From assembly GCA_965216875.1 (NCBI GenBank), contig OZ244207.1, positions 1 to 64,000 of the forward strand: 64,000 nt of DNA, written 5' to 3'. The position numbers and the translations under genes are program-made. Each line of letters begins with the position of its first letter. Position 1 is the stretch's first letter. The notes under the pieces were generated by a model. The model saw only the letters and a program-made list of their open reading frames with translations, ran no database searches and had not been told where the DNA came from. Origin of the DNA: Rubripirellula sp. Lineage in GTDB: Bacteria > Planctomycetota > Planctomycetia > Pirellulales > Pirellulaceae. Positions 10,601 through 23,300 of the stretch are shown here, piece after piece.

Positions 10601-13600
10601 CGTGCACGGCGACGAGGTCTACACGTCAGGTCTGCGTCTTAAGGCTGACGATTTTCTTTTCGAAATCCTCGCACGCGACATTGCCTATCGCGAATCGCTG
10701 ATCCCAGGAGGGACGCCGATTGCTGTTGGCGACGAAATCATTTTGCAGAACCTTGGCTATGATTCGCCGTTCGCGTTCACGGTATCGTTGGTGGTCCATG
10801 ACAACGACACTGGCTTCGATGCGTATGGATTGGTTGCCGACAACGCGGATCCTATTCTCGCGATTCGCGGCTCGGCAGGGATCGACGACTTTTTCTCGGA
10901 CCTGATGCCCGAGGGAGTCGGCGTCAATCAGTTTGACGCAAACCAAACCGAGTTGTTCAGTTGGCTCAACAGTGTTTCTCTCCCAAATCGCCGGCCATCG
11001 GTGACGGGGCACAGCCTCGGAGGCGCCCTCACCCAACTCCTCGCCGCAGCGTATACCGCAGACGACAAAGAGCTCGCGCAGGTGGTCTCTTTCAATGCAC
11101 CAGGGATCAGCGAGCAGCGTGCGGGGCTATTTGATTCTGGGAAAGTCGAACGGGTGATGCACTACATCACCAACGGCGATCCGGTGAGTCTTGCAGGGGA
11201 CGCGTTTATCGAAGGTCGGTGGCGTCGGTCCGATTTTGAAGACCTGTTGATTCTGCACAACCACCAGTTCCCCGTACTCGTCGATTTCACGATTGCTGAT
11301 GATCCCGAGGCGGCCGAAGTGGAGCGACGATTGCGGTCGGAGAGCCTGACATTTACCGACTACGAAGACACAAGCTGGCTGAACCATCCGTTTTACTTCC
11401 ACACCGACTCGGACTACTTCTTCTGGTTGGCGGCTGCCCAGACGATCGTGTCAGTGACGCCGCCGCTGCAGCAATTCAGTGACATTCCTGGACGGCTGAT
11501 CTTCCGAAGTACCACTGAAGCTGAACGACAACGCGTGGGCGAAGCGATCTTGGAGTTGCAGGAAGAAATCGATGAGACGATCGATACGTTCACGTGCCAA
11601 TCACCGAATTCGACAGTGACAGCGCCCGACTTTGACATCGACCTGCTAAACATTTTGCAAGTTCAAGCAACCGAGTTGTCAGCCAGTTGCGTTGCCGGTC
11701 CGCCGCACGAGTTGCGGTTGCAGGGACGCGTCGTGTTGCCTCAGATCAAGAACGCAACGGCAGATTTTGCGGGCGACAACTACATCGGCCTGCGCGAAGA
11801 CGGATTCGATTTGGTGGGGCGTCTTTCGATCGAAGACCTGACGCTGGTGCCAGGTTTCTGGAAACTCTTTGAAGTCTTTGTCGATATTAATACGGTCGAA
11901 AACAAGATTGTCGCCGGCGGCTCGATGGAGATTCCGACCGGAATCACACTCGATGCTGAAGTCGAGTTTCTTAACAACAACTTCAATCGCGTGCTGCTGC
12001 GCACGCCATCGGAAGAGGACCCTGACCCGGTCAATCAGCCACTTGGGCCAACGGGAATCTTCTTGCAAGGCATCGAAGGGCAGGTAGACAACGTCGCCAA
12101 TCCAACCGACGAAAACCCCGTTGAATTCAGTGGTGGCCTCACCGCAACGGGTGGGCCGACGATCACTGTGCCGCTGCCAAGCTGGGCCGGTGGGACCTGG
12201 CGAGGAAAGTTGATCGAGTTTGACGTCAGCGGATCATTGGACAAGAACCACATCGAAGCCAGCGGCGACGTTGACTTGGTGCAAGGTTTGGCTCGCGTGG
12301 ACGGTCAAGTTGAAGTCAATTGGAACGAGGGTTACTTTGAATCGAGCGGGCAATTGAATGTGCTCGACGGCTTGATCACATCAAGCGGCAGTTTTCGCGC
12401 CGATTCGAACCTGAACGTCAACCTGTTCTCCGACGCGACGTTCGGAATACCGGACGAGCTTCCACTCATTGGCGGCTACGACGCGGTGTCTGGCAAGTTC
12501 GTGTTGGACTACACCAATGACTCGAACTCCTCGAACGACTTTGTTGCTGCCTGGACGACCTTTGATTTGCTATTTGTTGGCGAAACGAATCTAGGGTTCA
12601 GAGTCTTTTTTGACGGTAGCTTTGGAACCATCGGCGCGGACGAGGTCGCCGCGATCACTCCGCAGTCGGGATTGGCTGCGGGCGAACAAGTCGCTGGCGC
12701 GGGCTCGTATGAGATCGCACCCGACACCGACTGGGCGTTGTTCTCGGTCGCTTGGGACGGTGGTGCAACGGATCGCACGATCGTGCTCACGACACCTTCC
12801 GGCGAGACAGTCACCGAGGCGGATTTGTCCAGTCGCAGCGATATCGACATCGTTCCCGATTTGACAACGGAGATGCGACGTGTTGTTGTCGTCGAGCAAC
12901 CCGAAGCGGGCCAGTGGATGGTAGCGGTCAACGACGACAGTTCGCTGTCCAACCTGCGAGTGCATGCGTTTGTGCACAACGAGTCGCCGACCGTAGACGT
13001 CTCAGCGACGGATGGATTGGATGGTGTGCCGGTGGAGATCATGATCAACGCGAATGATCCCGATTCGGAAGCAACGGTTGCGTTGTATTACGACACCGAC
13101 AACCAAGGATTCGACGGTATCCGAATTGTGGGCGGGCTCAATGAATCCGATGGGCAATACACGTGGACGCCGAGTTCCCTGGTCGAAGGAGACTATTTTG
13201 TCTACGCCGTGATTGACGACGGGGTCAATCCTGTTGAGCTCAGTTATGCCGGCGAAGCGATCAGCATCTCACCGGGGCCAAAGCAGGTGACAGTCTTTTT
13301 GCCGGTCGACGGTGGCGTCTTTGAAACCCTCGTCGAAAACGACGAATTTGTCGTGCGGGAAAGTGGCGGTCAGGACATCTTTCGACAGCTCGAATCGAAG
13401 TTGTTGGGGGTCGACATTATTGGCGTGGCGAACGTGGCCGACACCGTGCTCGCGAACTTAAACGGGATTTCAGTGCCCGTTTCGCTTAACGGTGGCAATC
13501 ATGGACAAAACGAATTCAAACTTGCGGGGTCTGGCCAACTTGTCGATCTGACGCAGGCCGATGAATTGAGCCTTGCGAATGTCGATTTGATTGATATCAC

Positions 13601-14339
13601 GGGAAACGGTGGCAATCAAATTGTCGTTGGCGCGGATGAGGTGCAACAACTTTCACCCAACGACGCATTCGTTCAGCTGCAACATGACGAGAACGATCAG
13701 GTGGACTATTCGGGGGAAGGTTGGGAAGTGCAAGACCCAATCTTCGCAGGTGGGCGACAATGGCACGTTTTGACGAACGGTGATTCGCGAATCGAAACTG
13801 CAAACACGCTGCCGTATCAAAACCCGCTCGTCCGCGCGGACGTGAATTATGACGGAGGCGTGACCGCACTCGACGCTTTATTAGTGATCAATTACCTCGG
13901 TCGTTTTGACACGATTCCGGTCGATCTTCTTGAGCCCACGTCGTTCGATGATCTTGCGCAGCGCTACTACGACGTCAACGGGAGTGGGACGGCGACAGCA
14001 CTCGATGCTCTGCAGGTGATCAACTTCCTCGGCCGCATCACAGCCACGCAACTCAGTAGCGGCGAACAACCGGTCCATGCCGCGCCAGTTGATCGCTTGA
14101 CAACGAAGCAGCAAGCCGACGACTTGCTTGAGCCGGAGCCATATTTGTCGGTCCAGCCGACGTTGGAAAGCGAATCGACTTCAAAGACAAAAGCTCGTTC
14201 ACACGATGCTCTGTTTGAGTCGTTAGCGCGTTCCGCGGAAGAGGAACACGAGAAGGACGATGTGGAGATCGATTGGCAACTCGGTGTTGACGACTGGATG
14301 TCGTTTGTTGGGAAGGGTGGTTTTAGGACAAAAAGATGA
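7692..14339 (+). CDS. Giant secreted ELWxxDGT-repeat protein with lipase-class-3-like domain and C-terminal dockerin
   Basis: N-terminal basic leader + 'LEQRLMLA' motif; many ELWxSDGT repeats; GHSLGG nucleophile elbow at 11007-11024; paired dockerin repeats 'DVNYDGGVTALDALLVIN' and 'DVNGSGTATALDALQVIN'. Confidence 0.9.
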   Translation: MSNHRQKNSRRAALAMRRLRRLRLQLLEQRLMLAADVGEELGEEEDDFAIPELLRDINQVIPDSGPIEFVKSGDKIFVSADDGIHGHELFVTDGESPPTLVKDIRFGSGDSVPQQMVDVDGVLYFVADNFTNGKELWKSDGTEAGTTLVADIFVGRDGSNPSSLTVAQTDDGAKLFFTADHPDHGLELWMADDSGASLVTDIWPGNDGPDDPNDSFPQHLTFWPEHIGGDGETVDPAIYFSAATESAGRELWRTTIVGGNTSTTLVKNLFADQLGSEPNSSNPNHLVVFNGLLYFAAEGGEFNETEGKVIGEGTELWRSNGTAEGTELVADLRPGFQIPAEMENPFGSFPRDMTSHNEKLYFSALTTSEGRELWSIDGGEEAEPQLVRNIRGGTASSSPADFTSTDGFLFFTANGGQGKELWRTDGTFAGTQITRDIRPGSGTSMLFTRGFTALGSSVIFGADDGNLGPEVWISDGTLSGTKVLEEIQFGRNSSNVPSSYTTIDDAVYFEASEQIWKTDGTGAGTDRFPLQTEATLGSIAPNFDDVSPRLFARANNLLFFAADDGINGNELWKSDGSTAGTTMVTDLAPGTSITFPGSSIETPNSSNPEQLLAVGDKVFFRTESLLRVTDGTESGTISLGNHSPTDLTRFGNTLYFSGDGSTGIGRELWMSDGTIEGTVPVIGIGDGFQFQQVDQLTVVGDKLFFVADTANGNELWVTDGTVDGTTEFNLAESFGSYPEALTPVGDKLFFRANDGVHGPELWVSDATVEGTILVKDIRLVPEGEEDFFGSSPVPLAGLGGELLFFADDRVTGQKLWKSDGTENGTVVVKDIWSDPYEEEFDSGETGTGKGRATVFDGKVFFAADDGNVGAELWSSDGTAAGTNLFEDLFPGDDSSFPSDLTVVGSNLYFAANEEHPVVSGAFGGRELWVSDGTAAFTCACFETNAVDGNGLRPRSLQSIGGTLYFVANDGVHGDEVYTSGLRLKADDFLFEILARDIAYRESLIPGGTPIAVGDEIILQNLGYDSPFAFTVSLVVHDNDTGFDAYGLVADNADPILAIRGSAGIDDFFSDLMPEGVGVNQFDANQTELFSWLNSVSLPNRRPSVTGHSLGGALTQLLAAAYTADDKELAQVVSFNAPGISEQRAGLFDSGKVERVMHYITNGDPVSLAGDAFIEGRWRRSDFEDLLILHNHQFPVLVDFTIADDPEAAEVERRLRSESLTFTDYEDTSWLNHPFYFHTDSDYFFWLAAAQTIVSVTPPLQQFSDIPGRLIFRSTTEAERQRVGEAILELQEEIDETIDTFTCQSPNSTVTAPDFDIDLLNILQVQATELSASCVAGPPHELRLQGRVVLPQIKNATADFAGDNYIGLREDGFDLVGRLSIEDLTLVPGFWKLFEVFVDINTVENKIVAGGSMEIPTGITLDAEVEFLNNNFNRVLLRTPSEEDPDPVNQPLGPTGIFLQGIEGQVDNVANPTDENPVEFSGGLTATGGPTITVPLPSWAGGTWRGKLIEFDVSGSLDKNHIEASGDVDLVQGLARVDGQVEVNWNEGYFESSGQLNVLDGLITSSGSFRADSNLNVNLFSDATFGIPDELPLIGGYDAVSGKFVLDYTNDSNSSNDFVAAWTTFDLLFVGETNLGFRVFFDGSFGTIGADEVAAITPQSGLAAGEQVAGAGSYEIAPDTDWALFSVAWDGGATDRTIVLTTPSGETVTEADLSSRSDIDIVPDLTTEMRRVVVVEQPEAGQWMVAVNDDSSLSNLRVHAFVHNESPTVDVSATDGLDGVPVEIMINANDPDSEATVALYYDTDNQGFDGIRIVGGLNESDGQYTWTPSSLVEGDYFVYAVIDDGVNPVELSYAGEAISISPGPKQVTVFLPVDGGVFETLVENDEFVVRESGGQDIFRQLESKLLGVDIIGVANVADTVLANLNGISVPVSLNGGNHGQNEFKLAGSGQLVDLTQADELSLANVDLIDITGNGGNQIVVGADEVQQLSPNDAFVQLQHDENDQVDYSGEGWEVQDPIFAGGRQWHVLTNGDSRIETANTLPYQNPLVRADVNYDGGVTALDALLVINYLGRFDTIPVDLLEPTSFDDLAQRYYDVNGSGTATALDALQVINFLGRITATQLSSGEQPVHAAPVDRLTTKQQADDLLEPEPYLSVQPTLESESTSKTKARSHDALFESLARSAEEEHEKDDVEIDWQLGVDDWMSFVGKGGFRTKR

Positions 14340-14373
14340 GTGGCAGTGGAATTGGGGACGGGGGAGCGATGAT

Positions 14374-17300
14374 TTAGGTCGCAATGCCGTTGAGATCACG
14401 GGCCAAGAGTTCGATCGTTTCGTCGAGTTCATCGTCCTGGTCGATTTCACGTGGGAGGTCGAAGATCGCGGTTGCGGGGGCTTCGCTTTCTGGTGGCGCG
14501 TTTGACCGGCGAGCCATTTCGTTGATCACAACAAGGGCGTCCAAGGCGGTCGATTCTGAGTCGCCATTGACGTCCAAGAAGGTCAGCGTGTCGTCCATGT
14601 TGGACCCGTCGCCGCTCCGAGCGAGCCGGTTGATCACCAGCAACGCATCAAGTGCTGAGGTTGTGCCGTCATTGTTGACGTCGGTTGGGTCGACTGGATT
14701 GCGCGATGGCCCCGATGAAACCATGAAAGGGGCACCGGGATCGACAATGATCCCGTTGGCGGCCAAGTCGTCATCTCCGGCAAATCCATCCGTAAAACGC
14801 AGCACGATCTCGCCGGCGGAAATCGATTGGATCCCGTTCTTCGAGGTTCGTTCGAAGGGATAAAAGTGTGGTTTGGTTTCGTCGGGAGTCGGGCCGTATT
14901 TGTAATAGTTTGACAGCAGAGCGTTGTTGTGAAGATGGATGGTGACATCGATTGTTTCGCCAACATCAATGCCGTGGACTTCGAAATGGATAAAGCCAAC
15001 GGGAAAGCTTGCCGATCGTGGTGTGTTGTCGGGATCGGGATTCGCATCGGAGACCGCAACCGCAACAAGTTCACTGCCCGCAGGAGCGACGATGGTGACA
15101 TAGGTTCCGTCAACGGCGTTCGGTACCGACGTGACGTGGTGTTGTTGACTATCGAGAATCCCGTCGTCGTTTCCATCGCCATTGCCTGGAGCACCGTTTT
15201 CGATGGTGTCGGCCACGCCGTCGGTGTCCGACGAGGTTGTGGGCGCGACGCCAAAATTCAAATCGCTAAGTTGTTCGCCGGCGACGGTCGTCACTGTGTA
15301 GCTGCCGTTGCTTGGTTGCGACACTTCTTGACCTGATGGTGAAACAGCGCGAACGAAAACCTGTTCGTTGCCAGGCACTGCGAATTCAAACTGCCCATCT
15401 TCGTTCGTTGCCACACTTGCTAGCAGGTTTCGCCCAGGCAGCGAGAGCAGTTCGATCGTGACGGAGCGTCGTGGGGGCTCTCCCGGATCTTGAACGCCAT
15501 TGCCGTTGTTGTCCAAATAGACGATGCCTGAAAGGGTCGCGTTTTCAGCTTGATTGCCAAAGTCGATATTGTTGACCGATTGCCCCGAGCCTATGGAGAT
15601 CGCGTGGAAGCTGCGAACATCCGACACATAGACTTCCGTGCTCGAAAGCGAAACTTGGTCGGCGGCGAAGAAAGCGACGCGTCCTTCATCGACGACGGCA
15701 CCGTACGCGAAGGCAAAGTCCGGCTCGAGGATGTCGCGGCCGTCGAAAATGAATACCTGATTCGTGGAATTGGCGACGCTCGTCCACGCCGCGACGCCAG
15801 CGTCGAGCGAAAGGTCAATTTTCTCCCCACCATCGCTGGTCAGGTCGGTTGTGGATCCCGATCGGTACAGCACAACATCAGCGCTGTCGTCTCCGGTCCA
15901 CTTTAACCAAGCAACGTTGCCAAATTGGTCAACTTGGATGTCGGAAACGCCTTCGGGACCTGTGGCGATCGTTTGCGATGTTTGGCCATCATCGAGCCAT
16001 ATCGAAAAGCGATCGGTTGCGGTGTCAAACTCGGACCATGCTGTAAGTTCGCCGTGAACATCAATGCTGGTCAAGATCGCGCCTTGGGCGGCCACGATTT
16101 CACGTCGGCTCTGGCCGTCGAAGTGATAGATGGTGCGCCGGTTATCTTCGACGCGAATGGCACCAAACGCGACCGCGCCGCCGTCGGCAGCCGGACTGAA
16201 TCCCCATTGAGCGAGAAGGATCGTCTTCCCGCCATCGTTGTAGAAGAGGCTGCGGTCGCTGTTGTAGACGAGGTTATTGCCGTCGGTGACGATCGAATGG
16301 TCCTCGACATGGTTCCTTGTCAAACGTGATGTCACGCCAGCACGGAACTGATAAATGTCGTGTGCGTCTTCGTCGTCGTCGCGCGAGCGATCGGGATCGA
16401 GGACCCAGGAAACTGTACCATCGTCGTTGATACCCACCGAGGTGATCGATCCGTCGCCAATCTGGGTGACTTCGACGACCTCCGTTCCGTCATGACGTAC
16501 TAACTTGGATTCAGAACCAAATTCGAACCAGACGAGGTGTTCGCCGCCAAATTGCAAGCCGTTCTTCACGGCGATCGCATCGGAAATCGATTCATAGGCG
16601 ACGCTGGCTGGGAAGGTTTGGACCCATCCGGTTTGTTGCACTTCCCGAATCACATAGTCCCCACTCGGGAGTCGCAGTTCGTAGCTGCCGTCGGCTTGCG
16701 TGACCGTTGAAGGTTCGCCGGCGTCGAGCGATTCGTTCTCGTTGAGGTCCGCGAAAATCGTCCAGCCGGAAAGTCCCGGTTCGCCCGGATCTTGTTGTGC
16801 GTTGCCGTTGCGGTCGTCAAACTTTTTGCCACGGACCGATCCACGGTCATCAGCCACACCGAAGTCCAAACCACTGACCTGGCTTCCGCTTTCGATCGTG
16901 AAGCTCAATCGTCCGTTACGCATCAATTGCGTTGGCGAGAACCCGGGAGGCAATACCGGTGCGATCGCGTGCGTTCCAGCTGGTAAGCCGGAAAGTGAAT
17001 ATCCGGAGGGTGTTGAGGTGACGACCTCGTCGATGGTGTCGTCGCTGTGATAGTCAATTTCGACCGAGAAGCCGGCAAGTGACTCTTCACCCCCGTCGCG
17101 GTTTCCGTCGCGGTCCAAGTCTTCGAAAACCGCCCCTGAGATGGAAGTCGTCTCGAAGAGTCCAATGAGTGTTTTCTCATCAACATCGTTTGAAGCAATT
17201 GAAACGACACGCGGTATCTCGGTGGTGATTTCGAACTGGCTTCCGCCTCGAGCCAAGACCGTGTAGTCACCTGCATCGAGACCCGTGAACGAAAACGACC

Positions 17301-20300
17301 CATCGTTGTTTGAAGTGGTCGCAAAGTCCTGACTGGTGGTTTGCGCACCAATGCTAAGTGCGACCTCAAAGCCTTCGATTGGCGACTCGCCGGGATCCAT
17401 CGTTCCGTTGGCGTTGATGTCTTCAAAGACTGTTCCGGCAATCGTCGCGCCGAGGAAATCGAATCCGAAGGAGACGTTTTCGGCTGCGTCGATTGCGCCG
17501 AGCGTGACCTCTTGGAATCCACTCGGCGGTGAAACAAGATCGTAACCAGTAGGCTCGATTGTTCTCAGGATATGGGTCCGTGGCGGCAGGTTTTCGAGAA
17601 CGTACCTTCCCGATGCGTCGCTTTGGGCGGTTGGTTCGTTCGGATCGAGAACTCCGTTTTCGTTCCGATCGGCAAAGACCACGATGTCCTCAAGAGGTTG
17701 GTCGACGCCCGATGTGAACCGAAGATCTCCATCGACATCAACGTAGGTGACGCCTGCGATCGATCCAAAACGCGTGTTGCCAAAATCGACTCCCTCAATG
17801 CGGTCACCACGATTGGTTTCGATCAAATGGCTCGGCGAGCGAAGCAGCGTGAGCGTGGTGGTGGCGTGGTTGAGAACGTTGTCGACGGCAGTGATTTGCA
17901 GATGATTCTCGCCTGTGGACAAAGGCACGACGATTTCGAATCGGTTTTCACCGAGCGGTTCAAGCGTTCCTCTGACAAGCGAAGTGTTGCTGAGGGCGCC
18001 CACGGTCCAGGTAAGGCTATCCAATTCCAAGCCCGCGGCGTCATCGGCAACGTGGACGACCAAGGTGACTTCGTTGGTGGTCGTGATCACTCGACCGTCA
18101 CCGAGCGTCGTGCCGATCGACACACTCTCGAAAGTGATCGTGGGCGCTTCGAAGTCGTAGGTGACTGGCAGCGTGACCGACGTTTCATTGGCGACCAAAT
18201 CCGCTGCATACGCGGCGAGTTCAACGGTGTCACCTGAGTTGAGTTGAGCATCGATCGTGGTTTCGGAGAGGGTAAAGCTCGAATCAGGAGCCAAGTTCCC
18301 AACGCCGGGAAGAGTGATCCATGCTTCCGCGATGCCGGCGCCAGCGTCATTGGCAAGAAACGTTATCGGCGTACTTGGGCCAACGATTTGGTTAGCTTCT
18401 GTGCTCAACGAAACTTGCGGCGCGACATCGTCCACAAAGAAGGCGATCGATTGGATCGCAGACTGATTGCCATTGGCATCGCTGGTGCGATAGTACAGCA
18501 CCTGTGTGCCTTCATTCAGCAAAGTCAAGCCGATCCCGAGTGGCGGAATCGAACCGGGATCGCGACGCATGACGATGAGATCGACAATCCCCGAGGCGGG
18601 ATCGCCCTGGACTGATGTTCTTGGGCTCGAAAGGTTGGGATCGTTCCATCCGTATTCGAAGGTCAGCGGCGAGTCGAACTCGAGGTGAATCTGTTTTCCG
18701 CGATCGAGGTTGAGGTACCAGTCGGTTGGACCGGAAGTCGAGGTTGGATCGAACGACTCGCGTGATTGGAACGTTTGGCTTAGCAGCGGGCGCGCAGCAA
18801 AGTGAATTTGGCTTTCGTCTCCGGGTGCTTCGTTGTCGAAAACGTCAACGTACTGCAAACTTGGCGCTTCGGTATCAACGATAAACGTCGCCGTTCGAAT
18901 CGCTTCGCGACCGCCGTGTTGATTCATCGAACGCCACTGCAGTGTGAATGGTTGTTCGTCGGCAATTCCCAACTCATTGGTCATTGCGACGGCGCGGCGA
19001 GAAAACTGGTCCGGGTCGACTTCCACCCAGGTTGCCGAGTCGATTTCTCCTTCAACGCCGACACGGTATTCGACGGCGCTGGCATAGACATGAAGTTCGC
19101 GGCCAAAGTCATCTTCAAAGGTGCGCGATTCGGGCACAAAACTGATTTCGCTCGCGTTGTTGAGCCGGTAGGTCCTCGCATCGGCATCCACCACAACGGT
19201 TTCTTCGGTGACCGCGACGGAAGTGACAGGCGTGAGCAGCGTTTCGACGATCACTTCGCCAAGTGAAGCTTCGTTGTCGTCGTCGTGATCAAGAAACGAT
19301 CCCTGGATATTCGTTTCGGTGTTGTAGACATCGGTTGGAATGGATCCGTGCGTGTGCCGTGAAAAACCTGCGAGCGCGGTCATGTACCCACCGGCCAAGT
19401 CGGTCATGAAGAGCGCGCTTGTGCGAGAAAGATTGCCGTCACCCGGTTGGATATCGATCTGACTGAAGTCGAGTCCCTCGCGATTCTCGTTTCCGTAGGC
19501 ATGCAGCGATCTTGGATCCGAGGCTGCCAATTCCAAAGGTGGCCCCGAGTTCACGGGGAACGGAGTGCTTGGGTCGACGCCGCCCATTTGGGCAAGGTAG
19601 CGCAAAAAGCCGCCTTCGCCCCAAACGACGAACTGAGGGATTTGGAGATTGGCGTCGAACCGCTCGATGTTGTCGTGGATGGCTTCATAAGGACGAAGGT
19701 CGTCGCGTAGTTTTGGCAATCCAGGCAACCCGATTGCAACGGTCAGCGCCTGTTTGATGACCGGCAGCACGACGTCATCGACGATCTCATGTCGAATCGT
19801 ATGAGTGAAGTTGTTCGAGGTGTCCGAGAGGAGTTCATCGATCTGAGCGAGACCGAACGATCCACCGGGAAGATTGGTGGTGATGTTTTTGATGAAGCCA
19901 TCGAGGTCCGCAATCGTTTGATCAATCGCCAACCCAATCTCCTCCTGAGTGGGAACTGCAGCGATACGATCCGCGGTTGACGCATAGCTTCCCGAAAGGA
20001 GATTGCTCGCTTGATAGACCGAGGCGGCGATCGGTTCGGCAAACACCAGTCGCATCAATGATTCGAAGGGACCGAGTGCGCTGTCGAGGAGAAACTCGGT
20101 GACCCAGGGATCGGCGACGAAACTCGCAAGTCGGTGGTTCTCGTAGAACGCGTTGAGCATCTCGCCTGCGGTGCTTCCGCCGAAGGGAGGTGCGGTGTAC
20201 ACAACGTTCGAGATCGCTTCTTGCAGCGCCGGGTCGCCTGTTTCTTGGACGAGTGCGAGGGCAGCACGCGTGTCGAGTCCACCGGCACTGTGTGTGAGAA

Positions 20301-23300
20301 AGTTAACCTGTGAATCATCACTCAGCGGACCGACACGTCCAAGTTGATCTTGAAGCAATTCAAGCAGATCCTCGGCGTGATCACGGGCCAGACCGTTCTC
20401 GTTGTAGCTCGTGCGGGCTTCGACAAAATCGAATGAGAGCGCCGGGATCGAGCAAGTGGTGAGATCCGGGAAATCGGGACACTCGGGGATCCAATTCGCA
20501 GGTTGAAAGAGCCCCGCAAAGATCTCATTGAGACTCTCGAGGACAAATTCTTGTGCAGAGGGTTTTCGGAGTGGGTTGTTTGGATTGGCGAGCGCATCGA
20601 GTGTTTGCACGATCGCGCCACTGCGGTCGTTGGGATCGTCATTGATGTCGAGGTTCGGATCGCCGTCATCGGTGGACCAAAACTGAATGCCGTAGGTTTC
20701 GATGCCACCCGAACCCGCTTCGTAGTCACGACCGCCGCTGATGTCGGCCAAACGTTGGAAGTAGAGCCCCGCTTCGGCCCATCCGGCACCATCGTCGTTG
20801 AAACCCTTTACATACAGGATCGGGAGCTGTTCTTTTTGACCATCGGCGACCGCTGGAATGGTCGTCACCGGTGTCACAACACGCTGTGTTCGCGATTGTC
20901 TTTCTTGGGGTAGGGAAAGCCTCGCGTCGTTGGATGGTCCCGGTGGCGGAGGATCGGGAACGACCGGAGCACGAAAATCCAAAGGTGGCGTGAAGGCTAG
21001 CCGGGGAAACGTCGGCACCCAACCCTCTTCAAGTAATTCAAAGACTTCGTATTCGGCGGGCGGCAACGCAAGGAATTGATAGTGGCCTCGTTCGGTGAAG
21101 GGATCGATCGATCCATCACCATCAAGGTCGATGCTTTGAGTCACCGTTTGATGGCTTTCGCCGGTACGCTGATTGACCACTTGAATCGTCCAGCCATCAA
21201 GCCCCTCTTCGGTGAAGTTACCGGTGCTGGCGTCAACGTCGCGAACGCCGTTGCTGTTGGCATCCAAGAACTTCTGCCCTGAGATCGATGACAGGCGGTA
21301 CTGGTTGCCAAAGTCGATTCCATCGATTCGACTCGCAGATGCGACCGTCACCGTGTGAGTGCCAATCGTTCGCTGCGAAAAGATGTCCGCTGTCTGGTTC
21401 GAGTCGTCGTTGACGAGTCGGTCACCGTAGGATGCAAACGCAAGCGTGCTGCCGTCGGCACTGATCACCGGATCAAGTTCAAAATGGTTTTCCGACCCAT
21501 CGGCGATCTGGCCGTAGCGTTGAACGTATTGCAGATCGAGATCAAAGAGAAAAAGGTCAGGACCTTCGTTGTCGTCACCCGAGATCAAATCCGACGCGTG
21601 AGAAACGAACCAAACCTGCGAGCCATCTGCGGTGAGGCTTGGCCGACGACTCGGACCGTTTCCATGGGTTACTTGTGTGATGCGGCCTGTGGCAACATCC
21701 GCCACGAAGATGTCGGGGGTTGCGCCGGAGTCGGTGGGGAATAGGTTGTTGGCGTTCGAAACGAATGCAACGGTGCTGCCGTCGCCGCTCACCCATGGCG
21801 AGTGGCTTTCCAAATTGCCCGGAGTTCCAGACCGGTCTTGGCTGATTCGCTGTGTCGTTCCGCGATTGCGGTCACGCAGGAACACATCGAGGTCGCCGTC
21901 TCGATCATCGGCAAAGAAGGTTCGTGCAGCGGAGGTGAAAACAAGGAACCGTCCATCGTGGCTGAGTGACGGTTGGTAGCTGTCGCGGTCCGAGCGGGTG
22001 CGGTCGCTGCTGACGCTTTCGAGCTGTATCAATCCCGTCGCCAAGTCGACGACGAAGATGTCGGCTGCGGCGTTGGTGTCGCCCGCGACAAGATTGGTAG
22101 CGGGAGATTCGAAGGCGACAAAACGCCCGTCGCCGCTGATCACTGGGACGTGACTGTTGCTGTTGGCTTCGTCGCCGTCAAGGTTCACACTGACTCGCCG
22201 AGTTGATTGAGTGCGGCGGTCGAACACAAAGATATCAGCTGCCCCATTTCGGTCATTTTGGACCAAGTTGCCAGCCCAAGATTGGAACGCGATTTGATTG
22301 CCATCAGCGCTGATCGATGGAGCGTAACTTGGTCCGTTGGCTTGACCACCCGCGTTGGGAAGGCTGATTCGTTCGATCGATCCCGTCAAAGTGTCCTTGA
22401 CGAAGACATCACGCCATCCGTTGTCATCACCCGGCACGAGGTCCGATGCGAGCGACGAAAATGCAATGAAGCGTCCATCGGCCGAGATCGATGGTGACTG
22501 GTGATGCCCGTCCGCTTGGTCACCCGATTCGTCAACACTTTGTCGAACGATCGGTGCGATCGGGAAGGTTTGACGCCAACCCGTTTGCGGTACTTCTTGA
22601 ACGATGTATTGGCCAAGTGGAACATCATCGAACGAGTATGCACCCGTGGCGTCGGTCGATGTCGACGCGACAACGTTCCCGCTGGCCACATCGATGAGCT
22701 GAATCTCCCAACCGGCGAGCCCCAATTCGCCGACGTCTTGAATGCCATTGCCATCTCGATCATCAAACTTGATCCCAGCGACAACCGCGCGAGGTTCGTT
22801 AATGGTGACGGAAATCGAAGTCGTGTCTTCGCCGCCGTCCTGGTCGGCGACTGTTGCCGAAACGGTACGTTCTATCGGCGCCGGCGGTGTCTCGTACCTG
22901 TGGGTAAACGCAAAGTCGCGATCGCCCGCGGGTAAATCGATTTTTTGTGGGTCGGAGCCGTCACCCCAATCGATCGTGATGAGGTGACGGTCTTGGCCAG
23001 GATCAAAAAACTGACCAGTCAGCGTCGCGACGTAGTTTTCGTCGATGCTCCATGCAAGCGCTCGTGGTCGCGTCAGGTCGACAAACCATTCCGGTGCGAT
23101 GTTCGAAACTTGCACGGTTGTTGTTTGTAGGTCGGTCAATCCGTCGTTGTCGGTGACTTGTAATGCGACAGTAAAAGGATTGGCTCGGTCGTTTGCGAAG
23201 GCATGAATGACTTGGCGGCCTGACGCATCGACGTCGAATGTTGCGCCGTCGTAGTCGAAGTCCCAGCGATAGGTCAGCGACTCGGACGATTGGTTGGGGT

